DNA of 63,978 bases, counting the filler, from Collodictyon triciliatum (Eukaryota), in assembly GCA_043381765.1 (NCBI GenBank). It is 17 parts of 17 records of this genome, joined end to end, with 100 filler letters (N's around TTAATTAATTAA, not from the genome) between each part and the next. Parts side by side here need not be neighbours in the genome. Positions count along the whole stretch, not along the records: positions 22,599 to 26,361 come from JBHJMP010007019.1; positions 26,462 to 30,125 come from JBHJMP010007020.1; positions 30,226 to 33,889 come from JBHJMP010007021.1; positions 33,990 to 37,651 come from JBHJMP010007022.1; 13 more parts are not named here. One strand, written 5' to 3'. Positions within the stretch are counted from its first letter, which is position 1; every line of letters begins with the position of its first letter. A program made the position numbers and the translations under genes. The notes beneath the pieces are model-generated. The model had not been told where the DNA came from and ran no database searches. It was given only the letters and a program-made list of their open reading frames with translations. Of this stretch, positions 24,122 to 36,685 are shown piece after piece.

Positions 24122-24815
24122 GTGTTCCTCCCGAAACACCGCGCCCTACTTCTCAATATCTCCAACAGAGAGCTGTGGATAGGTGCGCGCGTAGTCCATG
24201 CAGCAACGACCTCCCCAGAATGCACCATGTGCCATAGTGGAGATGACTCTATCGAATACACATTTGTGAAGTGCTCTCTTGCTCTAAAAGTGACAGAATC
24301 TACCCACAAGATGCTCTCTGAGCTTGATTATGCTCCCAGCCGTCTCAGCGCGTCTGACATTCTGTTTGGCCCACAATACCAAATGACCCACGACTCTAGA
24401 ATACTCTGGACAGTCACAAGGGGACATATCTTATTGCCCTTATGGAGTGTGCGTGCATTCTCTCGCTCCAATGATTCACCCGAACGAGAAATCAATGTAT
24501 CCAGGCTTGAGAGCCTCGTGCAATACAGCTTCCTGAACAGCCTGCTGAAACACACCCGCATTCTTTGCTACTCTGACCGCAAGCGAAGAGAGATGTGGGA
24601 ATGTGTCGTGCGGTATCTCCCACAGCATATCCAACCCCTGCTACCCACGCAACCAATAAACCAGTTGGGTCGCCCACCTGGCCAACTCGCTATCACTGAT
24701 TTCTTTCCAGAAGTGACTTCTTCAGATTAGGGTCATCTCTTACTCGCGTTAGCCCTCCTCCTGTGCATATTTTATTCACACGGCATGTGGTTCAACCCAT
24801 AAATCTAGGAGGGAA
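24122..24815 (+). mobile_element. 5'-truncated L1/Tx1-like non-LTR retrotransposon (ORF2 C-terminal zf-RVT-like region + 3' UTR), family A
   Basis: PKHRALLL..ECTMCHSGDDSIEYTFVKC resembles the CxxC..H..C zinc knuckle of L1-clade ORF2, with His replaced by Tyr. It has no introns, has homologous copies on two other contigs, and ends AATAAAAAAA. Confidence 0.75.
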
Positions 24816-25282
24816 TAAAAAAAATATGCATACATTTTACATCTTGGATGTGATTCGACCTCATCTGCTTCTTTTTTAATAGCCGCATCGAATTCTGCTT
24901 GGCTTGTGTGGGTGGGTTGGGTTAATGGAAACAGAGATAAAGTAGGATAGGATGGCATATTGGCAATTGAGCGCGCCTTGCTCGGCTGCCTCGCAACTTT
25001 GAGATGGGGATCGATTGTGGGGATTTTAATGGCCACGGAGAGAAAGCCAAAGTGTCAATATTCGCTCCTCTCAGCATTGTAGAGAAAACATGTTCCATGA
25101 TGCGGATGGGAGAGAAAAAAATCATAAACTTGAATAAGACTAGAGTGAGCGAATAGAATGACAGAGAGGGATAAGAAAAAAAAATGCAAAGGGAGTAATA
25201 TTGGTGATTCCTTGTTATGCTTCTCTTCTCTGCTGATATGTACCAGCCCATATTAATAAGAGTACACATCCTCATTCCAGTG

Positions 25283-26268
25283 CTAATATGCTTCAGATTG
25301 ACCGCGAACACGCCGAGCAAGTTGAATGTCTTTCACCATGATTGTTACTCTTCTTGCGTGAATTGCACAAAGGTTCCTGGGTTGGGATAAAGAGCAAACG
25401 GAGCAAGTAAATGTTGATGTATGGTAATATCTTCAATTAAGAAAAGGTATAATAGCTTTCTATGAGTCAAAAAATAAAAAAATCAAATAAAAAAACCAAC
25501 GCGTCTTCCATCAAGCTGACGATGTACGCCTCAGCCGCCTCTTGGAGGGCCATAATTGCATCTGCTTGGAAACGGATGGGCTGTTCTCCGTAGATACGCT
25601 GCGCTATTTCTCGCACCTAAGTGACGGGTATTGAACTTCATCATCAGGATGGTGTATTCTTTACATGACAGAGCTGCTGTGTTGGTAATGAAATAAAATG
25701 ATTGACCGTGGTTACATCCACGGAAAAATAACGTAATTAGGTAATCTGGCTTACAAGACGAGCAAAAGGAAGTTTTCTGATCAAGAGGTCGCATGACTTT
25801 TGGTACTTTCTGATCTCTCGAATTGCAACTGTCCCAGGACGAAAACGCTTTGTCTTCGCTTTTGGTGGGGGTGGATGGGCTAGATTAAAAGGGAAGCGTT
25901 ATTGGAAGTGATTAATAAAACAAATGATATCACAGAGGGTCATCTTGTGTGTATATCTTTCATTTTTCTCTACACGGGATGATTAAATAGTGTCCAAAGT
26001 AATTTGTGGTGTTTCTGGGTACCTTTCTTTTAGTTTGACTTTTGTAAGTGAAAAAACGAATAGAAAACTGAAAAGCAACAATGAACGGCTAGGGTTATAT
26101 TCGATTCCCAAGTAGAAGGGTTTGTTGAGCTATCAATGGCCACCGTCTTAGAGACTTACCAAGGACCTTGTTCTTAACGGGGGCGGGTGATTTCCGTGCG
26201 GTTGAGTTAACCCCTGAGGTAGACTCTTTCCGGGCTCCCCCAATAACAGAGGAGGCCTTGCGAACCAT
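25283..26268 (-). CDS. CENH3: Histone H3 variant, probably centromeric CenH3/CENP-A (147 aa)
   Basis: Exons 26268-26160, 25879-25755, 25616-25501 and 25376-25283 give [103 protein letters not shown]. It has a divergent tail, a loop 1 two residues longer than H3, Q68A and T107A. Confidence 0.8.
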
Positions 26269-26318
26269 TCTTGTAGAAAAGTAAAAAATAGAAAACAGAA
26301 AACAGAAAACAGAAAAAC

Positions 26319-26361
<43 letters not shown>

Positions 26362-27095
26362 NNNNNNNNNNNNNNNNNNNNNNNNNNNNNNNNNNNNNNN
26401 NNNNNTTAATTAATTAANNNNNNNNNNNNNNNNNNNNNNNNNNNNNNNNNNNNNNNNNNNNAGAAAAAGAGAAAAAGAGAAAAAGAGAAAAAGAGAAAAA
26501 GAGAAAAAGAGAAAAAGAGAAAAAGAGAAAAAGAGAAAAAGAGAAAAAGAGAAAAAAAGAGAAAAAAGAGAAAAAAGAGAAAAAAAGAGAAAAAAGAGAA
26601 AAAAGAGAAAAAAAGAGAAAAAAGAGAAAAAAAAGAGAAAAAAGAAAAAAAGAGAATAAAAGAAAAAGAGGAAAAGAAAAAAAATAGAACATGAACCGCT
26701 AGCAAACGTGTCTTTTATTTCTCCAAAGTAATGTTTACTTTTGTGCCTGATTCTGTTGTCTGTCTCGACGCGATTTTCTTCGGATCAGGCGGAATTGAAG
26801 CAGGATCACTCAGCTTTGTTCTCGTCCGTAATACCCACCAGGACGAGATTTGAAGGCTGCAAAAGTCTCACATAAAGCATGCATAATTAGATGATAGCAA
26901 AGCAGAGGAAGAAAGGCTGCCTGCTCTGTTTTGGAACAACTTGGAGAGGCTCATGGCACAAAGGGAAAAAAAAGCCTTATTTTTTATCTGCTTGCGTTCG
27001 GCGGTTGGGCAGTGCAGCCTGCTAAGTATTACTGAACTAGACTGTGTAGACCACAGGGACACTGCCAGGAGAAGGAGTGGGAAAGCTCAAGAAGC

Positions 27096-29156
27096 ATGGC
27101 GGATGCTGCAAAAAAGATGAGCAAGCGAGCAAAAAAGAGAAAGTACATTCTGAACCACTTTAAGGTAGCGTTGTGTTCTTCGAAGACATGCCTTGTACAT
27201 GGTATTTTCCTGTGCGAAAGGTTGAGGGTTGCTGCGCCCCACAATATCCCCTCTTTTCTGTTCTGTTCCTCTGTTTCTTATCTTTTTCTCCTTCCATTTG
27301 TTTTTTTTCTTTGTTTCTTTTCTTTTCTTTTCTTTTCTTTTCTTTTCTTTTCTTTTCTTTTCTTTTCTTTTCTTTTCTTTTCTTTTCTTTTGGATTCTAT
27401 CTCGACAGGATCGCAGGTCACTCGCAGGCACGATCGGCTCCAAAGGGGTCGTAGTTACTGGTGATCAGTATCGCGAAGAGGACTGCAAAGTCCAAATCCT
27501 GACCCTTCTTGACGAGGTTATTATTTCACCTTTTTCTTCCTCTCTATTTGCTCAATGGCTTTTTTCAACTAACCACCACTTCAACGCATTCATATGCCTT
27601 ATTATGATTATTTATTAACTTCGAATTGTTACTTCATTTTGAATCAAATGGCAAATGGCTTCCTATATATTATTCTTACATACAGACTCCTTCATCTAGT
27701 ATGCCGACCTATGGTATCCAATTGAGTCGGCCGAAAAGAGCGAAGGTCATTCTGTTGACTCATTACTGGAGCAAGAACTTGAGAAGCTGAAGTCCAAGGA
27801 TAACTCAGAATCCAGGTTACTGCAACTCTTGTTTTTTTTTCTCTCATTTTATTCGATTAGTAGTATTCAAGACTCCTCTTTCTTTATGTGGTAGCGAAAG
27901 GCTATGCACGGATTTAATGGGTTTCTCTCTTCTTTATAATTTTGTGAGGGATAATTTAATACGTTCGAGCATGCAGATTCAGTTTATTGGATACTGGTTG
28001 TAAAGGAGTTTTGTTTGTGAGGTTCAACGATTCCAACATTTCCCCAACCGAGTTTGTCACTAGAATAATGAAGACAACGCTCGAGACAGGAAAAAAAATG
28101 ACTAAGTAGGCGGAATAATTTATTATAATCTTTTAGGATCAAATTCTTTTGAAGCTGCCTCTTCTTCATATGATTAATCAATCTCATAATTTAATAAATA
28201 TCAAAATCAGAACCATTCTTTTTTTATTGTCAGAAACATCGCAAGAGTTGTTCCTGCCGAGCTTTCTTGCTATGCAAAACCAGAAGATATTGAGAAAATG
28301 GCTCGCCCCTTCATCCAAAAGAAGTTCTCTGAATTTGAACCTTTGAATGTAAGAATTTGTTCAATCTCAAACATATGTCATTTTACAATTTGTGCTATGG
28401 ATAAAATTTGAACTAAAATACTGCACATTACCGTATTTTGTTTCACACTCTTTGCAAGTCTCAAAAAAATCTTATTTTCAAAGTTAAGACACACATTTAT
28501 GTACATTTTAGTACGCTATCGTCTACAAGGCTAGGGTAAACGAGAGTGTTAACAGAGAGGAAATTATCAAGCTCGTGGCCTCCTTTGTTCCAGAGGGGTT
28601 TACAGTGAATCTTGGAAACCCAGACATTACTATTCTAGTAGAGATTGTGAAGGTTTTTTTTCTCTTATGACCTTTCTGCTCTTTTCCTTACCCTTATTGG
28701 TGTATATGTCTTGACCAGCGTACGTTTTCCTTACATATATCACACTTCCTTTCAGACTATCTTCACTGTTTCTGTCGTCCAGGATTTTCTCGTGAGGAGA
28801 TAACTTTTCATCAATCAATAATTTTACCATCTAGTAGCTTATCATTCCACCTTCATAAAGCTGTAATCGATGCCATTTTTTTTCATGTTTTTACCACTTC
28901 ATTCATCACATCTATCATCAAAACTCATATTCGCTTTCATTTGGCCGATCAATTGCCATAGAAATACTCCCGTTTCAACCTTCAAGAAATTGGTGTCGAT
29001 AAAGAATCAAGAGTGAGACAACCAAAGAGCAAAGTGGTCGTATGTCCAACGGAGAATGACGAAGGGAATGCTGAAAACGCCGGCCAAAGCGATGAAGAAG
29101 AAAAAGAGGAGGAAACAGAATCTTCTTCGAAAAAGGCCAAACCAACCAGCGAATAA
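27096..29156 (+). CDS. THUMPD1: THUMP domain-containing protein 1 (Tan1-like tRNA acetylation adaptor)
   Basis: Eight GT-AG-joined exons with GSKGVVVTGD, LEQELEKLK, LLDTGCKGVLFV, IARVVP, NREEIIKLVA..VNLGNPDITILVEIVK and KYSRFNL, then an acidic tail and TAA. Confidence 0.88.
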
Positions 29157-29359
29157 AGGGTATCCTTGTCTGGTGAAGTATCACGGACTGACATTATTGT
29201 CCACACGTGTTCTCTCGACACTTTTTCTCCCCTTTGAGACCAACAACACACTGAGTCTGATATTCTTGAGCTGTATCGCCCTGAACATGAAAACAATCAA
29301 TTACAAAACTGGCAGGAGCACCCAGACGCATATGCTACCAAACGAGACCAAACGTGTTT

Positions 29360-29695
29360 TTTTCTTGAATTCCATTGTTTTATTCTTCCTTTCAATTCTG
29401 TCCTGGACGATGGGGGTTTGGCTTTGGTTCGCTAGCCATCTTTTGCGCGGAGGCTACTTAGTGACTGGGTGGCTAATTAGTCGGCAATCAGGATTCCCAT
29501 CTTGTGTTGGAGACTGTTGCTTGGGTCTTGTGCTTACATGAGAGGCAAGATGAGGTTTAATACCTTTCTCAGCTTCTTTCCACATTTCTCTTTTCACAGG
29601 GTCTGAGTAATCGAGAACGTGAAGGTGGCGAAGAAAGCTGCTGAGGAATGATATTTGCATGATATCATCCAGTCTCTTGTCGGGAATCAGCGGGT
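29360..29695 (-). mobile_element. 3' end of a second, diverged member (family B) of the same non-LTR clade
   Basis: RLDDIMQISFLSSFLRHLHVLDYSDPVKREMW aligns with family A RLESLVQYSFLNSLLKHTRILCYSDRKRREMW. It is followed by a stop, AATAAA and an A-rich end. Confidence 0.6.
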
Positions 29696-30125
29696 TTTTC
29701 CTTTTATTTGACTCAAACCGCAACAATGTAAAATCACAAAAAAAAAAAAAAAGTGCGCATGGGAGAGAGCAAACACGATAGGAGAAGACACTTTTGGGAG
29801 AGGCCAGCACTGGAAAGAAGTCAGTGATAGCGAGTTGGTCAGGTGGGCGTCCCAACTGGCTGATTGATTGCGTGGGTAGCGGGGGTTGGATATGCTGTGG
29901 GAGATATCGCACGGAACATTCCCGCATCTCTCTTTGCCTGCGGTCAGAGTAGCGAAGAATGCGCGCGTGTTTCAGTAAGCTATTCAGGAAGCTGTATTGC
30001 ACGAGGCTCTCAAGCCTCGATACATTGATTTCTCGTTCGGGTAAATCATTGGAGCGAGAGAATGCACGCACACTCCATAAGGCCCACAGCATATGTCCCC
30101 TTGTGACTGTCCAGAGTATTCTAGA
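29696..30125 (-). mobile_element. Non-LTR retrotransposon family A, 3' fragment (runs off the contig end)
   Basis: The reverse complement is nearly identical to 24395-24720 and ends GTTTGAGTCAAATAAAAGGAAAAA. Confidence 0.85.
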
Positions 30126-30386
30126 NNNNNNNNNNNNNNNNNNNNNNNNNNNNNNNNNNNNNNNNNNNNTTAATTAATTAANNNNNNNNNNNNNNNNNNN
30201 NNNNNNNNNNNNNNNNNNNNNNNNNATCTTTTTTTATCATCTTTTTTTATCATCTTTTTTTATCATCTTTTTTTATCATCTTTTTTTATCATCTTTTTTT
30301 ATCATCTTTTTTTATCATCTTTTTGTGCAGAACAACAACAAAGGTGGGGAACCAGACAAAAGAAGCCACAAGCAAAGAGGCCTTAC

Positions 30387-30680
30387 CCTGGAGGCCACAA
30401 GAACCCGCCCACCAGCGGACTCGGCAGCCCTGACGAGATACTCGACCATCGGGGTCTTCCCTGTGCCGCCCCACGCGACATTCCCCACGCTGATCACCGC
30501 CCACCCGGGCAGATCGATCTGCCTTCCTGCGCGGTCTCTTCGGGCATTCTGCGCGTATCTCGACACAACACGGCTGAGTCTGCCCAGAACTCCAACAAGT
30601 AGCCGCGGTGCTCTCTGCTCCTGTTCCCGAAGCAGGCGGACCCACCAGTCCTCCCCGAGCGAGGCGAGCCGCGAAAGCAT
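30387..30680 (-). CDS. lpxK: Tetraacyldisaccharide 4'-kinase (lipid A 4'-kinase), first exon
   Basis: VISVGNVAWGGTGKTPMVEYLV..RVLVASR is the LpxK Walker A signature up to SR(GY). It is followed by a GTAAGG donor and an intronic microsatellite. Confidence 0.88.
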
Positions 30681-32144
30681 CTTTCCGGGTGATCGGGAAA
30701 CAACTTCTGATTCACGCTGGCTTGGAGGGAAAAAAAAAAAGGAAAACCTTCTAGTTATATCTGGATTTTATATATAATGTTTATTATTTATAGTTCATAT
30801 TTATAAATAGTACCAATATTATATAATACTATATTGAATATGTATTATTATTATGATAATATTATTGAAATGCATAGTGTTGACATTTGCTTTTCCTTTG
30901 TGAAGCGTTTGTGTTGACATATAAAAATAGAACACATGTGGCTGTTTTCATCGGCCACACGAAACGCATTAGTCGTGTGTGGCTAATTTTATACGGCCAG
31001 ATTTGTATGTTGATGGTAGACATAGTCTTATTCTGTCACCAAGAATCCTACCTTTTGTCCCCACAAAAAATTATGTTTAAAATAGGCAAGTGTGTGAAGA
31101 AACAGAAAAGACGGTCAGCCTATTTTTGGAAATTACATGGATATATTCTATTCCTGGATAATACTATACTTATGATTAAATATAATTAATATGCAGTATA
31201 TGTGCATAGAGATGCTGGATTATATAAATTTATACAAATATTATAGTGAAAAAAAAATATGGGAATCGGCTCTTCCCAAGGCAAAGCATACCAACTTTTG
31301 ATGCAAACTGGAATGGTATTTTGTGAGACAGAGCAAAAGATTAAGGAAAAAGCTCGCGTCTGCAAGATCATGCGGGAGAGTATATCCGAGTGTGAACATA
31401 TATTTGGTCAATGCAAACCAAGCCGCGGGTTTCAAGCGAGGCAGATCGTTTGTTCTGCAGGCAGAGAAGCAGAATAACACGAAGCAGGTATGCCAGTGGG
31501 ATAGTGGAAGGATGTATCCGTGTGGGTGTATGTTTGGCGGGTGGTTGTTTGCGTCGCCTTGTTGATGTGCCCACGTGTATACTGGGCAAAGTATGAAGCC
31601 TAATTTCCTTCTGTCTGCCTCTGTTGGGGACTGGCGACTCTTCGTAGTCTCGGTCTTTCCGTCTCCGTGAATCTGCTTGCTTTCCAGTCCGACTATTCGC
31701 TTTCCTTTCCTTCTGTATTAAAAGTATGATGTTAACAAAACATACCACCCAACCTTGGGGTTCCTTTCGCCTTTCGCCTCATCAGCCATTGAAGTTCTCG
31801 TTTAGTCACAAAAGAAAGAAAAAAGTCCCTCGTTTCACAATCACCGTCAAGAATCAAACACGCGGTCGACGTGGCAGATTCCCATTTCACTTATTTGACT
31901 TTTTCTAACATAAGCTTGAGAAACAAAAACAAAACAAACAAAACAAAACAAAACAAAACAAACAAAAACAAACACAAAACAAAACAAATCAAAAAACAAC
32001 AAAAAACAACAAAAAACAACAAAAAACAACAAAAAAACAACAAAAAAACAACAAAAAACAACAAAAAAACAACAAAGAACAAAAGCAAAAAGCAAAAGGA
32101 CCACTCCCACTCCCACTCCCACTCACTGACGTATTCTCAGAAAC

Positions 32145-33635
32145 ATGAGTGCGCTTCCCTCCCCAAGCCCGGCGATAGTCATCCTCGATCCCCGTCAGAT
32201 ACAACCAGACGATGTCGACTCCGAAGCCGAAACAGACACGGAGGCCGATCTCTACCCTGTTTGGGAGGGGCACTCTGGACGGACAAAGTCCCTGCCTGGA
32301 GGCTCGCCAAGCGGACGGGATTCGAGGACCCACTCACAGAAACCGCCGACCCAACCGCGAGGCTCTCGCCGAACGCGGGAGTCTGTGTCTTGCTCGGCCC
32401 TGCCAGCGCCTTCGTCGGCCCGATGTTCCTTTGTGCAGCCGGCCGTGTCTGTCCTCCCAACGCCGCCGCTGCCGGCCCTTCCGGGGCTGCCGAGCCTCTA
32501 CGAGCGAGATTCAGACCACCGGGCCGCAGCCCCGCCCGGCGATCTGTTCAAGACAGAGATGTGCCGCTCGTACGAAGAGAACGGCTGGTGCCGCTACGGA
32601 CCCAAGTGCCAGTTTGCCCACGGGTACGAGGAGCTCCGACAGCCGCCGCGCCACCCAAAGTACAAGACAGAGATCTGTATGACCTCTCATTCTGTGCGAT
32701 CCACTCGCGCCACATGATACCCTCCCACCAAACCAACATTCATACAGAGGCCTTTTTGTTTTCTCTCCTGTGAAATGATAAGGAGCGGCAAAGAACCACA
32801 CAGAAATGAAAGGCGTGCCGCCCACTCGCTCGCACACAAATACTTACGCACATGCACACGCACACGCACACATTCAGGCAAGACATTCCACTCGATCGGG
32901 ACGTGCCAGTACGGAAAGCGGTGCCGATTCATCCACAACACGCCGCCACCCGAAAACGTGAACCAGCTTCTGCCTTGCGCCTCGCACCCGGTCGCCATCG
33001 CAGGGCCAGCAGCAAACAGCCTCAACGCCCTCGGTTCGATCCCGGCCGGGTGCATGGCCTTGTCAACCACCCCGGATGACAGCCACGGGAGATCGCTTCT
33101 TCCACCACCGCTTCTGCCTTTGCCTCTGCCTGTGCCTGTGGCCATGTCCTTTCCTCTGCCGTACGCATACCCACCTTTGGCACACAATGCAGCCGCCCTT
33201 CAGCCCCAGTCGCCGCGGCCGTCCTTCCTCTGCGACGAGCAATCCGCAACACCGGCGCATTCTCCCTTCCGACACGACTCGGCCACGTGGTCCTATGCTT
33301 CGCCCTTTGTCGCGTCTGATACATCGTCCATGGCATCCGACTTCTCGGACAGTGGCGTCCGCTCACGCTCCAGCTCCACACGGTCGCGGGGCGATTCTGT
33401 CAGAAGGCGTCTCCACATCTTTGAAGAGCTTGGCAGTGCCTGCGAGTCTCAGGCGCAAACACATACTTGGCAGACGCCCGACTCGGTTGCAAAGCTGCCA
33501 CCACGTTGCCCTCCGCTGGATCTCTGCATCGACATCGACATCAGCGTTGAGGACCTCGAGGTATCCAGCCCCACTTTCAATGCTGCGGTGATGGCCTCCG
33601 TCGACGCCATATTGGACGATGGCCACGACAACTGA
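32145..33635 (+). CDS. Tristetraprolin/TIS11-family tandem CCCH zinc-finger ARE-binding protein
   Basis: [35 protein letters not shown], intron 32677-32877, then [22 protein letters not shown]1-binding-like [10 protein letters not shown] follows. The start codon is uncertain. Confidence 0.92.
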
Positions 33636-34053
33636 CCCCGGTGCATCGCTCTGGAGTAGAATCACGATCTTATCTGTTCACTTTCCTTGTGTGTTTGTGT
33701 TTTTTTTTTAATAATAATTCCTCCTTGTTTGGTCTATTGTGCCTTCCCACATCTTCGATTTCTCTGCATCCCTAGATATAGCACACCCACTTCTCCATGG
33801 CAAGGGCCTTGGAAGAATGTTTAATCACCTGTGTTTATCCCGCCCCAACAACCCCCCCCCCCCCCCCCTTCTCTTTTTTTTTTTTTTTTNNNNNNNNNNN
33901 NNNNNNNNNNNNNNNNNNNNNNNNNNNNNNNNNTTAATTAATTAANNNNNNNNNNNNNNNNNNNNNNNNNNNNNNNNNNNNNNNNNNNNTTTTTTTTGTT
34001 TTGTTTTGTTTTGTTTTGTTTTGTTTTGTTTTGTTTTGTTTTGTTTTGTTTTG

Positions 34054-34084
<31 letters not shown>

Positions 34085-36025
34085 TGTTTTGTTTTGTTTT
34101 TTTTTGTTTTGTTTTTTTTATGAAAAGCAACCATTCGTGTCGTTTTTGAATTCAGTCCTTGTGTGGCAATTCGCTCGAGGGCGAAATGAAGCTATGTATA
34201 AAATTGGAGATGGATGTTTGCTGCATTAGCCAAGCGAAATCGTTTGTGTGCTGTGTGTTAGAGGCTATCTTATGGATGATAATAGAAAGAAGGGAAAAGG
34301 CTGAGGTCTGGCCTGGGATATTAATCGAAGCACTATGTAAAAAAAAACAACCGCAAGAAAATGCAGTATCTCACACCTTTAGAGAGCCTTTTCTTTCCTT
34401 ATTTTTGAAAAAAAAAAATAGTTATGGGGAAATCAGGATGGATAAGTACAAGATTAAACAGTAGGAGGCAGGGGAGCAGAATCTGCATACAAATTCAGAC
34501 GTAATAATTCTAAATAACTGAGTTTATCTTTGAATCGAATGAAGGAAAAAAATAAGCGAGAAAATATTTAATTGCTTGGAAGGTTACACTTATTAGAATA
34601 TATGAGGATGGTACGTGCTTTTTTTTTTTATTACTTGCTTCAGCATAAGATTAAGAGTGCACTAACTAGAGGTGAAATCAATGTGAAAGTTTCTTTCACA
34701 CACAAGCTCTCCTTTGAGTTAACTAATGGAATTATGAACTTTTTTAGATCAATGAGTTAGGATTAAATATCCTCCATATGGATGAAGACTAAAATGTCAC
34801 AGAAATTCAATAGTCATAGAGATTGCTATTGCCTCAATGTCTTGTTAACTTTGGAAATTATATTTCAAAAAAAGGTATTAGATCTGAATGGGAAACTCCT
34901 TACTTCATTTTTTTTTTTTGAAGACTAACTTATGGCGAAATCATAGAATAAAGCATAAGCAGAATATACACGTGACTATGGATGACCTTACCTAAAACCC
35001 CATAAAATTTGAACTTGTTAGTTTTCATTTATTTGATACAGAATCTCAAAAAAGAAAGAGAAATAAGATTGTTTTTTTTTTCTAACTTGATACTAATAAA
35101 GCGTGGATTTCTGGCCAAAAAGTGGACGGGCGGGATGATAGGAGCCAACACCGTCGCCATCCTCAAAGAACAGGCAGAGGATGATGACGGATGAACCACT
35201 AAAATATGGGGAATTCATCCCAGTCTCCTTACACACAGCAATACGACGCAGTAACCAAGCGTTGAAGACCAAAAGAACTCAGTGCCAAATGTAGCGCACA
35301 AACAAACGAACGCACACCCTCCCACCGAACAAAGCCTTGTGTTCGACTTGAAGATACCATATATGTAAAAAAACGGTGTTGCCTGATGAATCTGGGGCAA
35401 AGGAAGCTTCGGGTTTGGGCTCTGGCTTGTGATTACTGCAGTTGTGCGAAGGCAAACTTGCTTGTGAGCATTTGACTTAGCGATGTCTGCGCCTTGTTCG
35501 CAAACCAGTCGATGTGCAAACTAAGAAAGAAAAGAAACCAAGCTGCAAAAGCTCAATAGGGTATCCAACCATCCATGAGAAAGCTAAGAGCGGAATCTAA
35601 CCCGAAAGGCGACTGCAGCATTTTTCGGCTGCTGGGATAAACTAGTGTTTTTTTTTCTTTTCGGTTTTATTCATCACCCACTATACCCCCAAGACCAGAG
35701 AGAAATATACTTTTAACATATGAAGATAATATAGCGTGCAAATCCCACTAGAAAATTAAAAACAAACAAACAACTGGAGTCGTGCTCTTCTATAAACAAC
35801 ACTTCATATCTATCTTTTTTTTCCCCAAAAAGAAAAAAGGAGAACATCCCTTCGATCTACTGCAGCTTCGATCAACAAACACTTGATGAGTGAGACTACT
35901 TCACTTTCGGGCACAGATCGAGACTCAGTTCGGACTTCTCGCAGAAAAGTGTGTACTTTGGCTTTTGACCTTCATTATTTTTTTTAAAAGAAAATGGAGG
36001 GACAATAAGAATAAAATAAAAGTAG

Positions 36026-36077
<52 letters not shown>

Positions 36078-36685
36078 AGGAAATATAAACATATTCGAGT
36101 AGCTTCAATATTCTACCTTAAAACCGCTTTTTTGAAATACAAATCTATATAAAAAAGTCATGATAAAAATGGATTATTTACATTCTTAAGTACTTATCAT
36201 AGTCTACACAAAGCAACGGGGTATTGACAAAGTGAGTTTGTTATTTATTCTGACATACATAATACTCATTTGCAGAGTATATTTTTTATATTGATTGGAT
36301 GAAAAAAAAAGGACCTTGTTCCGTTTTTTTTTTTTTTTTGCATGAATTTTAAACCTCATTCCGTCCCTATTTTGTAATATATTTTTGTATACAGGCTTTG
36401 AGCCCCATTACAACCCGACTAACATATCCCGATTAACCAGAACAAAAAAGAAATCTCACAAAGATGATAGAAATATCATAACTGAGCACCCTATAGCAGA
36501 GATAAGTAGCACTGAAGAGGTTTGATTCGATTGATCGCACCTCGTGGTGAAATGCACGTTTCACTCTTATGAGCACGTATTGTATCCCATGATGATAGTT
36601 GAATATTTTCCATTTTGTTGGCAGTCACTTTTGAAAAAAGGCTCATGTGATTGTAACAAATCAAAAACAGAAATCCCCGCAAAAA

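Noticed and set aside
24776-25110. Short overlapping minus-strand ORFs between the LINE fragment and CenH3
   Set aside because: No recognisable motif or consistent splice model.
22599-26361. Contig about 100 nt longer than its size-sorted neighbours (3763 versus ~3665)
   Set aside because: Most simply post-sorting polishing or gap filling. No discrete foreign insert was identified.
31259-31748. Small ORFs between lpxK and the TTP-like gene
   Set aside because: No homology cues; probably divergent promoter or UTR sequence.
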